A DNA stretch of 64,000 nt from Blastocladiella emersonii ATCC 22665 (lineage: Eukaryota; Fungi; Blastocladiomycota): NCBI GenBank assembly GCA_025594325.1, contig JANHCV010000001.1, forward strand, positions 2,542,001 to 2,606,000. The letters are read 5' to 3'. Below are positions 21,943 through 32,805 of the stretch, piece after piece (the first letter of the stretch is position 1; each line of letters opens with the position of its first letter). Position numbers and translations under genes: made by a program. Below the pieces are notes generated by a model. That model made no database searches and was not told the DNA's origin. It saw nothing but the letters and a program-made list of their open reading frames with translations.

Positions 21943-23020
21943 GGCGAGGGTACTGGAGGGCTAGGAGCCCCGTCGAGCGCGCCGACGGACTGGAGTAGGC
22001 CGGGGATACGAGGACGGGAGGAGCGGGGCGGAAACGGCGGTCGAGGGCGCGGTGGCGCAGCCGCGCGTCGTCGGTGCGCCCGTCACCTTGCCCTGGACGG
22101 CACAGGACGACGCGAATCCAGCACCTGGGTGCGGTGCGAGGGCGCGAGGACGCGTTGCCGGCACGCCTAGCGGCGGCGGCGAGCAGGGCGGGCGAGGAAA
22201 AATAGAAGCGAGCGGTCGCCGGGCGGGCAGCACTGCGTTGGCGCGCGGTGCGGAGCAGCGAGGCGGCTGACGGCCGCGGCGAGGGCGATCCTGCGAGCGA
22301 GGTGTCGGGACGGTGCCCGCGGAGCAAGTGCAGTAGGTCGCGGCGAGCGCAGGTCGGCGTTGGTGGCAGAGTCAAATTATTGCTGGATATCCGCCCGGCG
22401 GAGCGGCGCAGCTCGCGCTTCCGCTTTCGCTTTCACCTGGCCGACCAGCTGGCCGACCCGGCTCCCGCATGGACGGCCTTCTGCTTGTCCTCTCCCCTCC
22501 CTCGCACAGCGGTCACAGCGCCCCTTCTCGTACCAGGCGCTCGCCACCCGCAACGCCGCTCGCCTTCCGCGCCGAAGTCGAAGCGTGGCGACCAACCGCG
22601 CGTCGCGGTGGGAGACCGCCGCTCGGGCAAGCGATCCGCGGCGCGGATCATCCGTCATGGCCACTTGATCCTGCTCGAACGACCCATACTCGCGAGCTGT
22701 CGACCCTCGCGCAACCGAAGGGCAGTTCGAAGGGGCTCGCGAGCAGGCTGCGGTCGTTGACCCGGCGCGCGGTCGGTTCTGGCTTCGCGCACACCCTCCC
22801 GCCTCGAACGATCAGACGGCTCCGCCGCCCTCTCTCGACGCTTCGAAGCACCGCCTGCCTTGCTGGACGACGCGGCGACGTGAACGCCGCGCTTGTTGCC
22901 CATGTACGCGTGGCGCCACGTGATGCGTGGCGAGGCGGCTCGGCGCGTCCCTGCGCCACGCCGCCGCTGCTTGAGCGGAATCCGCTTCCTCTCTCCCTCC
23001 GCCTGCACGAGAACCCAACC

Positions 23021-26000
23021 ATGAAGCAAACCCGGAGAAGAGACAATGAAGCCGATGCATCCCCTCGCTCGCGCAAGACGCACGCCGCCAAGCTGCTGCT
23101 GCTCGGCGTCCTGTTCCACGCCATCTACGCCGTGAGCATCTTCGACATCTACTTCACCTCGCCCGTCGTCCGCGGCATGTCGCCCGCCGCCCCGACGCTC
23201 ACCCCACCCGCGCGCCGCGTCGTGCTCATGGTCGCCGACGGCCTGCGCGCCGACACGCTGTTCGCGAACGCCTCGCGCGCGCCCTTCCTGCACTCGATCG
23301 CGCGCGACCATGGCGTCTGGGGCGTCGCCCACACGCGTGTTCCGACCGAGTCGCGCCCCGGCCACGTCGCCCTCCTCGCCGGCATGTACGAGGACGTGTC
23401 CGCCGTCACCAAGGGGTGGAAGATGAATCCCGTCGAGTTCGACAGCATCGTCAACGCGTCATCCGCGGCGTGGACCATGGGCTCGCCCGATATCCTGCCC
23501 ATGTTCCGCCACGGTGCCGACCGCCCCGAGCGCATCCGCATGGACATGTACAGCGCCGAGGAGGAGGACTTTGCCGGGAAACACGACGCCAGCGCGCTCG
23601 ACGCGTGGGTCTTTGACCGCTTCGAGGGCCTGCTCCGCGCTGCCTCGGCTAAGCGCGCCGGGCTGCCCGAGCTGCCGCCGCCGCGAAACGAGGTCGTCGC
23701 CGCGTCCGAGGAAACCCACTCGACCGACGCGAACCTGATTGCCGACCTGCACCAAGACCGCGTCGTCATCTTCCTCCACCTGCTCGGCCTCGACACCAAC
23801 GGCCACGCGTTCCGCCCACACTCGGACCCGTATCGCAACAACTTGCACCTCGTTGACGACGGCATTCGCCGCACCACGCAGCTCATCGACGAGTATTTCG
23901 GCGACGGCCGCACCGCGTTCGTCTTCAGCGCCGACCACGGCATGCACGCGCGCGGCAACCACGGCGACGGCGACCCGCAGAACACGTTAACCCCGTTGAT
24001 CGCGTGGGGCGCGGGCGTTCGTGGACCACTCGCCGTCACCGACGGCGCGTTCCGTGTCGCGCCCGATGGTTCTCTGGAGTCCGAACCGGACACTTACCCC
24101 GGTGTCGAGCCGCCGCCTGCCGCGTGGCCGCTGCACCAGTCGGCTCTGCGGCGCGACGTGCTCCAGGCCGACGTCTCGCCGCTCCTCGCCTCGCTCGCCG
24201 GCACGCGCATCCCGAGCAACGGCGTCGGCGTGCTCCACACGGACCTGCTCGCCGATTCCAAGTACGCGTTCGACGCGCTGCGCGCCAATGCCCGCCAGAT
24301 CATGTTCCAGTACCTGACCAAGGCGCAGCAGCGCCGCGAGCGCGAGCCGTGGTACCGCCCGTACCCTCCGCTCGCTCAGCTCGAGGAGTCGGCGGACCCG
24401 GCGTCGTGGGTCCAGACGCACGGCGAGACGTCCGAGCAGCTTCGCGCTTTCATCCAGGAGTGTCTCGAGGGACTCTCGTACCTCCAAAAGTACGTGCGCC
24501 TCTTCAATCTGTCGCCGCAACCCGTCCTGATCCGGTACGCTCGTATTTAGGTACGATTGGCTCTTCCTCCGCGCCGTGGTCAGTCTCGGCTACGTCGCGT
24601 GGATGGCCTACTCGCTGAGCCACGTCACTGTCCCCGAGTCCCTGCCGCGTCGCCGGCCGTACGCTGCGACCGTGGCCGTGTGCGCGGTCGTCGCCGTCTA
24701 CCTCTGGGTCAAGCACGCGCCAGCGACCTACTACCTGTACTGCGGTTTCGCCGCGTACCTTGTCGACGCGACCGCCCGCCGTATCGCCGGCGCGCCTCGC
24801 GCTACCTCGCCGTCGTCGTCGACCGGCCGCCGCTCCTCTTCGCTCCCGGCGATCGCCGCCATGGTCGCATACGTGGTCGGCCTCGAATGCCTCGTCGCGT
24901 CGTACGAGCACCGCGGCATTCTGGCCGTGCTGGCGGCCGGTCTCGCGCTCTGGCCATTCGTGCCGGCGAGCTCGGCGTCCAAGTCGGCCCACGTCGTCCC
25001 CGAGTGCCGGTCCTGGCGCGCCGTGTGGTCGGGCAGCGTCGCAATGGCCGGCGCCGCTACGCTGCTCCCGCCCGTCGGCGGCGAGACGGATCCGTTCCAG
25101 CTGGGCGGCGGTGCGGCGCTCGTCCTCGCGCTGTCGTGGCTGTGGAGCCGCCGTCCGACGAGTAACGCGACATCGCGGTGGCATTGTCAGCTGCGCTTCG
25201 CTCTCGCCGTGGCCGCGACGGCCAACGTGGCGTGGATCGTGTGGTCGCTCGGCCAGCGCGAGGGTCTGCCGCCCGTCGCGCAGGCCATTTCGTGGTGCAT
25301 CCTGCTCGCGAGTCCCGCGACGCTGTTCCTCGGCGAGAGCAGCTCGGGCGCGACCAGCACGTCATCTTTGGACCCCGTCGAGCGCGTCGCCGACGTGGCG
25401 GCCGCCATGGCGCCGCTCTTCATCCTGCTGAGCACGGCGTACGAGCTGGCCTTCTTTGCGTGCTACGCGACGGCGTGCGTCGCGTGGGCGGGCATGGAGC
25501 GCGCGACGATCCGCACGACCTCGACCGCTACCACCACGAGTCTCGCGCCAGGCGACGTGCGCGCCGCGTTCACGTTCCTCACGCTGATCCACCTCGGTTT
25601 CTTTGGCACGGGCAACATCGCGTCGCTCGCCTCGTTCACCCTCGCGTCCGTGTACCGGCTCGTGACCGTGTTCGCGCCGTTCCTCATGGGCGCGCTGCTC
25701 ATCGTCAAGATCCTGATCCCGTTCGTCGTCGCGAGCGGCGCGTTCCGGGTCGTGGCGCATGTCCGCGCGCTGTCGCTGCGGCGGTTCCTCGCTACCTCCT
25801 CGTCGTCGTCCGGCAGCGCAATGGTCGACCCGTTCGCGCTGTTCCTCGTCGTCGTGAGCACCTGCGACGTGATGACGCTCCACTTTTTCTGGAAGGTGCG
25901 CGACGAGGGCAGCTGGCTCGAGATCGGCACGTCCATCTCGCACTTTGGCATTGCGTCCGGGTTCCTCGTGTTCCTCTTTGTCCTGTACCTCGCGTGCGGG

Positions 26001-26051
26001 CTGGTTCTGGGCAACTCGCTGGTCCACGTCCCGCAATCCAAGCTCGCTTAG
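23021..26051 (+). CDS. MCD4: GPI ethanolamine phosphate transferase 1 (PIG-N), 989 aa
   Basis: join(23021..24489,24551..26051). SIFDIYFTSP, VADGLRAD, RVPTESRPGHVALLAGMYED, FLHLLGLDTNGH, ADHGM..GNHGDG, YLQKYDWLFLR and FFGTGNIASL..F are all Mcd4 signatures. Confidence 0.96.
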
Positions 26052-26369
26052 ACTAATACACCTGTTCCATTTACCCGTTGAATCGAATGAGCGTTGTGTC
26101 AACGGGGTGCCGTGCGGCCGCCGGATGACGACTTGATTCTGGCGCATGATGCGTGCACTGATCGAATGCGGCCCAACCTCGTGCGAGCAAAATGTGCAAA
26201 GGACCGCGCATACAACGAGTGTGGGCCTGACCCGCGTACAAAAGCCGGCCCGCCGTCCTTACAGACTAGAGCTCCATCAACACGAGTACCTGTACGTTGC
26301 GCTGCGTCGAACTCGTGAAGCGGCAACACTGACTTCGCGCTGTTGTTGCTCAGCTGCTTCATTACAAGG

Positions 26370-26829
26370 AATGTCTCCCCAGGCCCGACCGCTGCGAGCA
26401 CTGAAAGCGGACCCAGGCCATCGCCGCGCCAGCCTTGCCCCGGACGAGGTTGTGACGCTCAAGTCCGGCCTGCAGCGCCGGCACAACGAACTTGTCCGTG
26501 ACCTCATCTTCCGTCTCCGAGTCTCAACCCAAGACTTGCGCACACTGGAACTCATTGACCAGCTCGAAAGCTACGAAGTAAAACCTGTGCAGAACACAGC
26601 GGACTCGTATTTGCTTGCTCACTCGGTGAGGACAAGACCCGCAAGTTTTACATCGACAGCTTCATCGCAAGCAGCGAGCACCAATGGGTCCAAGCAGGTC
26701 CGAAACGATGCATCTGCCACGCGTACTCGAGGACGGAAGCGGTTCGCGCCGGACATCGAACAGCTTCTCGCTGAGTACGCTCAGTACACATCGCAGCATA
26801 GCGCCTCGAGCTCTCGCCAGCCTGGTTAA
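26370..26829 (+). CDS. Possible small orphan ORF in a lower-GC interval
   Basis: Open frame from ATG ~26370 (MSPQARPLRALKAD..RHNELVRDLIFRL..). Codon usage is unlike its neighbours and no homology is recognised. Confidence 0.25.
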
Positions 26830-27492
26830 TGGTATAGCTGCAAGTTTGTCCGCCGCGAACATTTCATGCCCACCCGACCCGCTATCTCGCTCTACTCGAG
26901 CCTGCCCCAAGTTGAACCGCACCAATCGGTTGAGAAGAAGCATCTCGACGCCGGTGCCATGTTCGCCAGTTCGTCAAGCATATCTCAAAGCCCCTTGGCC
27001 TCCGAGAGTCGACAAATGCAAGCATATATTTTGTTCTGAAAGAGTTCGGGGACTCGAAAGCAAAAACGACGTTGGAAACCGGGTTGGGCAACCATGTTGT
27101 TGACTCGTAATACATGCAGTTTGTAAACGCATGAAGCTGGCTTGACCGAGAACATTGCAGTGAAGTGTCCGACGTGGCCATAGGTGAGCGAACGACGCGT
27201 CGGACAAGTCGCCGCGACGCGTCGCGAGGCGAGGCGCGAGACACGCGAGACACGCGAGACATCACGTGCGCGAGCTCGCCTCTCTTCTCCGTCGAGCTCT
27301 CCGCCCCCTCAGCGATCTTCCCTACCTACCCACTGTTGTCGCCGCTGCTTCACTCGAACCGCGCGGCCAACGGAACTCGCTGCATTGCTGCTGAATGGAT
27401 CATTGCGCGGCGGCCTCGGACTAGCGACTGCTGATCCCCGCCCCTTCTTGCCTTTTGATTTCTCATCAGCAACACAGTCTGCGTGATCCGCC

Positions 27493-30400
27493 ATGAATGC
27501 GCTCCAGCAGACGTTCGAGCAGGTCACCCTGGCGCTGCACGCCATGTACAGCGACCAGACGTCGGCCGACGCGCGGCGCCAGGCCCAGCAGTTCCTGCTC
27601 GAGGTGCAGCAGGATCCCGCTGCGTGGAGCCTCGGCTGGATGTGCTTGCAGCAGCCCAACCACGTACGCGGCTCGCTCTCAGCTGTCCAAACCGCTCCTC
27701 ATACTGACGGGAAGGTCGCGCGTAGCTCGAGCTCCAGTACTTTGGCGCGCAGACGGTGCACATCAAGGTGTCGCGCGACTTTGCCACGCTGCCGGAGGAG
27801 TCGTATGACGCGATCCGCGAAGAGCTGTTCGAGGGGTTGTTCCGCGCGTGCGCGCCGGGAACCCCGCCCGCCGTCATGCGTCGCCTATGCTTTGCTGTCC
27901 GTCCTTTGCCCATGCTCCCGCCACGATCGTACCCTGACGCTCCCCGCCCATGTAGCTCGTCGCATTTGCGCTCCATGCGGCTCCCGCGCACTGGCCCGAC
28001 ATGGTCGCGTCGACGCTGGAGCGGTTCCAGGCGCAGCACGCGCAGCTCGACCCGTCGTCGCCGCTGCAGCCGGCGCTCCTGCTCGGCCTGCTCGAGTTCC
28101 TGCGCGTGCTCCCCGAGGAGTTCACTTCGGCGACGCTGACGTCGCAGCACCGCGGGCCCATCCAGCAGGTGCTGACCGACTCGATCCCGTCGGTCCTGGC
28201 ACTGCTGTCGGATCTCATGGGCCACCCGGCGCCCTCTGTCACCGTGGCGGCGCTCGCGACGCTCGGGTCGTGGGTGCAGTTCGGGATCCCGATCGCGAGC
28301 CTCGGCCCGCTGCTCGACAAGGCCGTGGCGCTGGTGCGGCAGCCCGAGACGTTCGAGGGCGCGCTCAACGTGCTGATCGAGGTGGTGTCGCACCGGTCGA
28401 ACGCGCGGTTCGAGGACACGATCTGCCGCGGCCTGCTTCCGCTGGTCGTCGAGCTGGCGCCGCCGACGCACGCCGCGATCGGGAACGAGGACGAGGACCA
28501 CGTCGAGACGGTCGCGCGGTTCGTCGCGGCCCTCGTCGAGAGCTTCCCGACGTGGTTCGTCAAGCACCTCGACCAGCCCGCCGTCCTGCACGTCGCCATG
28601 CCGCTGCTCGTGCACATGGTCGCGTTCCCCGGGTTCCCCGGCGCCGACCAGGAGATTTCCGAGATCCCGCTCCAGTCATTCTTCCTCCTCCAGGAGACGC
28701 TCAGCTGCCCCGACCAGATCTCGTTCACGCCCTCGGCCACGTCGCCCAAGAGCGGTGCGGGCGGCGCGGGCGACGTGGCCATGTCGACCAACTCGTCGAC
28801 CGATTCTCTCGTCATGCCGGACCTCGCGCCCGGCGACTCGGGCGGGCCGTACGCCGGGCTACCGCCCTCGATTCTCGACGCCGCGAATACGGTGTTCACG
28901 GCGCTCCTCGAGCAGCTCGTCGCCAGGCTCGCGTGGCCGACGGACGCCGAGTGGGCGTCGTGGACCAAGGACCGGCGGAGCAAGTGGGCCGAGTTCCGGC
29001 GCAACTGCACCGACAACGTGCTGGTGTGCTACTACGTGCTGCGATCGCGCGCCGTGGACTGGCTGGTGCCGCAGCTCGCGACGGTATGCGCGGCCGGCGA
29101 TCCGCGCCGCCTCGAGGCGCTGCTGTTCGCGGTGCGCAGCCTGTCCGAGGCGCTGAACGCGACGGACCCGGCGGACCCCGTCACGTCAAACCTGCTGGGC
29201 GCCGTGTTCACGCCAGCGATCCTGGCGCCGCCCGTCCCGCACCACTTGCGCGTGCGCCAGACGCTGCTGTACGTGGTCGGCGAGTACGCGACGTGGTTCC
29301 ACGCGCACCCGCACCACGTCGGGTTCGCCGTGTCGATCCTGCTCGCGGGCCTGCGCGAGGTCACCACGGTCCGGTCCGCGTCTAAGCTGCTGCGCGAGTT
29401 TTGCGATATCTGCCGCGCCAACCTCGCCGCGCACCTCGGCGATATCATGGCGGCGTACCTCGACATGAAGGCCATTCTTCCGGTACGGCTTTCGTTTTGG
29501 AGTGCGGGGATGCTGCCGATGACTGACTCAACGCTCTGCAATGTAGCCGCCAGAAAAGCAAAAGGTCGCCGAGGCCATCTCGATGGTGATCCAGAAGCTG
29601 CCGCAGGCCGACATGATCCCGCCACTGGGCGTGATGCTCGAGGAGACGCTCGGCGAGCTCAACAAGTGCCTGGACGCACCGCCTTCGGTCGAGGTCCGCG
29701 AGCACCTGCTCCTGCAGCTGACGATGCTCCAGGCGTTCTGCAAGGGCCTGCAGGCGAGCGACATGGAGGCGCAGGTGATTGACCTGACCGACGACGAGCC
29801 GGGCGACGCGCCGCAGGCCCCCGCGACAGCAGGCGCGGACGCCGAACACCCGATGTTCGCCGAGCTCCGCGCGCACCTGGTCCGGATCATCGAGCGGGTG
29901 CACGCGCAGTACGCGGGCGACCTCGAGACGCTCGCCGCGGTGACGTCGCTCATGTCCGTGTGCGTGACGAGCGTGACGCGGCCCATGGTGTTCCCGGTCG
30001 ACGCGTGGGTCCCGACGCTCGCCGCCATGGTCCACTCGGGCGCGCTGTTCCTGTACCCGGCGACGCTCGAGGTGTTTGGCGACGTGGTGAACGCGGCGCG
30101 GCCCGTGATCCCCGCGCCGCTCGCGCCCGTGCTAGGCGCCACCGTGACCACGGTGCTCGCGGCGCTCACGGCGGGTGATGAGGGTGCGGCCCGCGCGAGG
30201 GATAACCCGGACCTCGTCGACTCGTTCGTCTCGCTCCTCCGCGTCTTCCTGCGCGCGAGTCCCGCGGCGCTGTACGCGTCGGGGCTCCTCCCGCCCGTGC
30301 TCGAGTTTGTCGTCCAGTGCCTCACGCTCAAGGAACGCATGTCGCTCAAGGCCGCGTCGCATTTCCTGGTGCGTTCGCGTGGGTTCCGGTCGTGTGCGCG

Positions 30401-30870
30401 AGGACTAACCGACTTTGGGAATTTGTAGTGCGAGTACATTACGCACGCCGTCGCGGCCGAGTACTCTGCGCAGATCGGCGAGATCAACGTGGCCGTGTTC
30501 CCGCGGCTGCTCGCGACGCTGATGCGGGTACGCTCTGCTGCCTTTCACCCACGCGCCGATCCCGCACTTACACCCACCCTTGTAGTCCCTCCTAAACGAC
30601 GCGCCGCGCAGCATCGTGCCCAACTTTGCCGAGATCCTGTTCCGCGCCATCTCGCTGGCGCCCAACCTGTGCCGCGAGTGCCTGACGGTGCTGCTGGTGA
30701 CGGGCGACCCGCAGCGCGGCGAGCTGGTCCCGTCGCTGCACCCGCTGACGCGCGACGAGCGCACCAAGCTGGTCCGGTACCTGATGGGTACGCGCCAGAT
30801 CAAGCGGTTCAAGGACCACGTCCGCGAGGCCCATGCCAAGGCGACGGGGATCGAGGGGAGCCGGTTTTGA
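27493..30870 (+). CDS. Importin-beta family karyopherin, importin-13/transportin-3-like
   Basis: Six exons: 27493-27663, 27726-~27897, 27956-29482, 29547-30368, 30429-30527, 30586-30870. IBN_N-like start (ARRQAQQFLLEVQ..PAAW..LELQYFGAQTVHIKVSRDF), LLEFLRVLPEE, HEAT-type helices, and C-terminal APRSIVPNFAEIL and QIKRFKDHVRE. Confidence 0.9.
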
Positions 30871-30935
30871 GCGAGTCAGGGAGCGGGGCAACTTTTGGTA
30901 TACACAATGGAATTTACAGGTAGCTTAGCGATTCC

Positions 30936-32428
30936 TCACCTTCTTGTCGACGTTGGCGGGACCGTCCCGCGCGCAACGACAAACTGCGCGCCGCCGAACT
31001 TCCACACCCACCACCAGACCCACCCTGCAGCGCGCCATTTCGCGCCGGCGGGCTCCGTGGTCAGGAACTCGGTGAGGCCCGGGAACACGGCGTGCGAGAT
31101 ATCGTGGATCGCGACATTCGTAAACCCCGCGGCGGTCAGCGCGGCCTCGTACTCGAGCACGCCGCCGAGGTTGGCGACCGGGATCCCCAGCACGCGGGCG
31201 ACCGCGCGGCCTTGCCAGGTCGCGGGCAGGATCAGGTCGGCGAGGACAATGCGCGGGTGCATCGATGCGGTCGAGGTCGAGGTGGTGGAAGTTGTGGAGG
31301 AGGAGAGGAGGGTGTACGCCTGCTCAAAGAAGGCCGAGCGCGGGTTGTAGTGGTCTGCGGCCGTATCGAGGTGAGTGCTCGATGCGACAGTGAGCGAGGA
31401 TGGAAAACGTACACGCCGAGTCAATGGACACGACCGCGTCGACAGTCGCGGGCGGTGGCGGGTGCAGGGCAGCAAAAGACGCGGCGATCTGGGTCGCGTC
31501 GCCCGTGTGCAAGCGGATGTGCGCGCCGAGGCCGAGCGCCTGGACGCGTTGCCGCGCGATGGCGGCCTGGAGGCTGGATTTCGTCTACCATCGCCGCGAG
31601 GGTGAGTGGAGAGCAGGTCGCACGCGTGCGGGTGCTGGGACGTACGAAACCGGTCACGGAACAGCGGTACTCCTGGTGCAGGAGCAGACACTGATCGCCG
31701 AGCCCGAACCCGCAGTCGACGACGTGGGCGCCGCGCAGCGCGCCGAGTTCCGCGGCGAGGCGGACCAGGTTCTGGCACGCGGTGACAAAGTCGACGTACG
31801 GCGGCGGGACCCGGCCGTACGGCATGCCGTTGCGCGACGACGATGACGGGTAGTACGCCGACGAGGCCGCGGGATCCGCACCGGGCAGAACACGCCAGTA
31901 CCCGATGTTCATGAAGCCGCTGAGCGGGCGGTGCGACAGCACGACGTGGTCGCACGCGTACATGCCGTCGGGCTCGAGCGCCGCGTCGAGCGGTGTCGGC
32001 AGCGCGGGTCCCCGCGACGGCTGTTGTTGTGGTGGCGCAGGCACGCGCGGGGCGACGGCGGACCCGCGCAGCTGACGCGTTGGTGGTGGCGGCGACGCAG
32101 ATGGCGGCAGCGTTGGTCGCGCGGGACTCGGTGATGTTGATGTAGCGGCGGTCGCAGCGCCGCGGTAGACGAGGGCGTCGGCGGCAAAGAGGGCAGTGAC
32201 GTGGCGAGCGCGCTCCTCCTCGGCGTCGCGTTTCTCGGGATCAGACTCGGGACCACCGTCGCCGTCGCCGTGCCCGGACGGCGACGAGGCGGCGGCGGCG
32301 TCGAGGTGGCGGGCAATGGCGCGCAGCAGCGAGCGGATCGCGAAGGTCGAGGTGACGCGGAGCAGCGCGCCGGCCGGGGTCCACCCGAGGACCATGCCGA
32401 CGGCGAGGCCGCAGAAGAACATAATCAT
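30936..32428 (-). CDS. Class I SAM-dependent methyltransferase with an N-terminal hydrophobic helix (457 aa)
   Basis: Exons 32428-31646, 31584-31413 and 31354-30936 (1374 nt). FMNIGYW, motif I VVDCGFGLGDQ, GDA, and VDAVVSIDSAYHY are reassembled across two introns. Confidence 0.85.
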
Positions 32429-32805
32429 AGGAGGCGGGCACGGGCGCGGCCGGGGTGCATCAGCTCATTCATGGAGTGTGAGAGGTAGGTTGCGATGTTG
32501 TTGGTGGTTGAGGGGAGGAGGGAAGGAGAAGCGGAGCGCGGTCCTCCGTCACGACCGTCGCCTTCCCTTCCCTTCCCTTTCCCCTTGACCTCATCGAACG
32601 CTCTGTCCGCGCTTCGGATTCTCACGGCCACCGCGCCCATCGAATCACTGAGACTTGCCTGTTGCGGCCGACGACGGCGGCGCGCCCGACTTGGCTCCAT
32701 TCTGGCCGGCCGAGGCGATGGCTCCTCGCCCGCGGGTCGGCCTTGGCTCTCCTCCTCCCGCGAGGTCGTCTTCATCAACTGACCGTCATCATCTACGCGA
32801 AGCTC

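Noticed and set aside
26480-26520. NELVRDLIFRL resembles QLVRDFFMRY / QLLDDLIAWY of the orphan paralogs
   Set aside because: The downstream GAxGFG and upstream AVP.G blocks are absent; too short to call homology.
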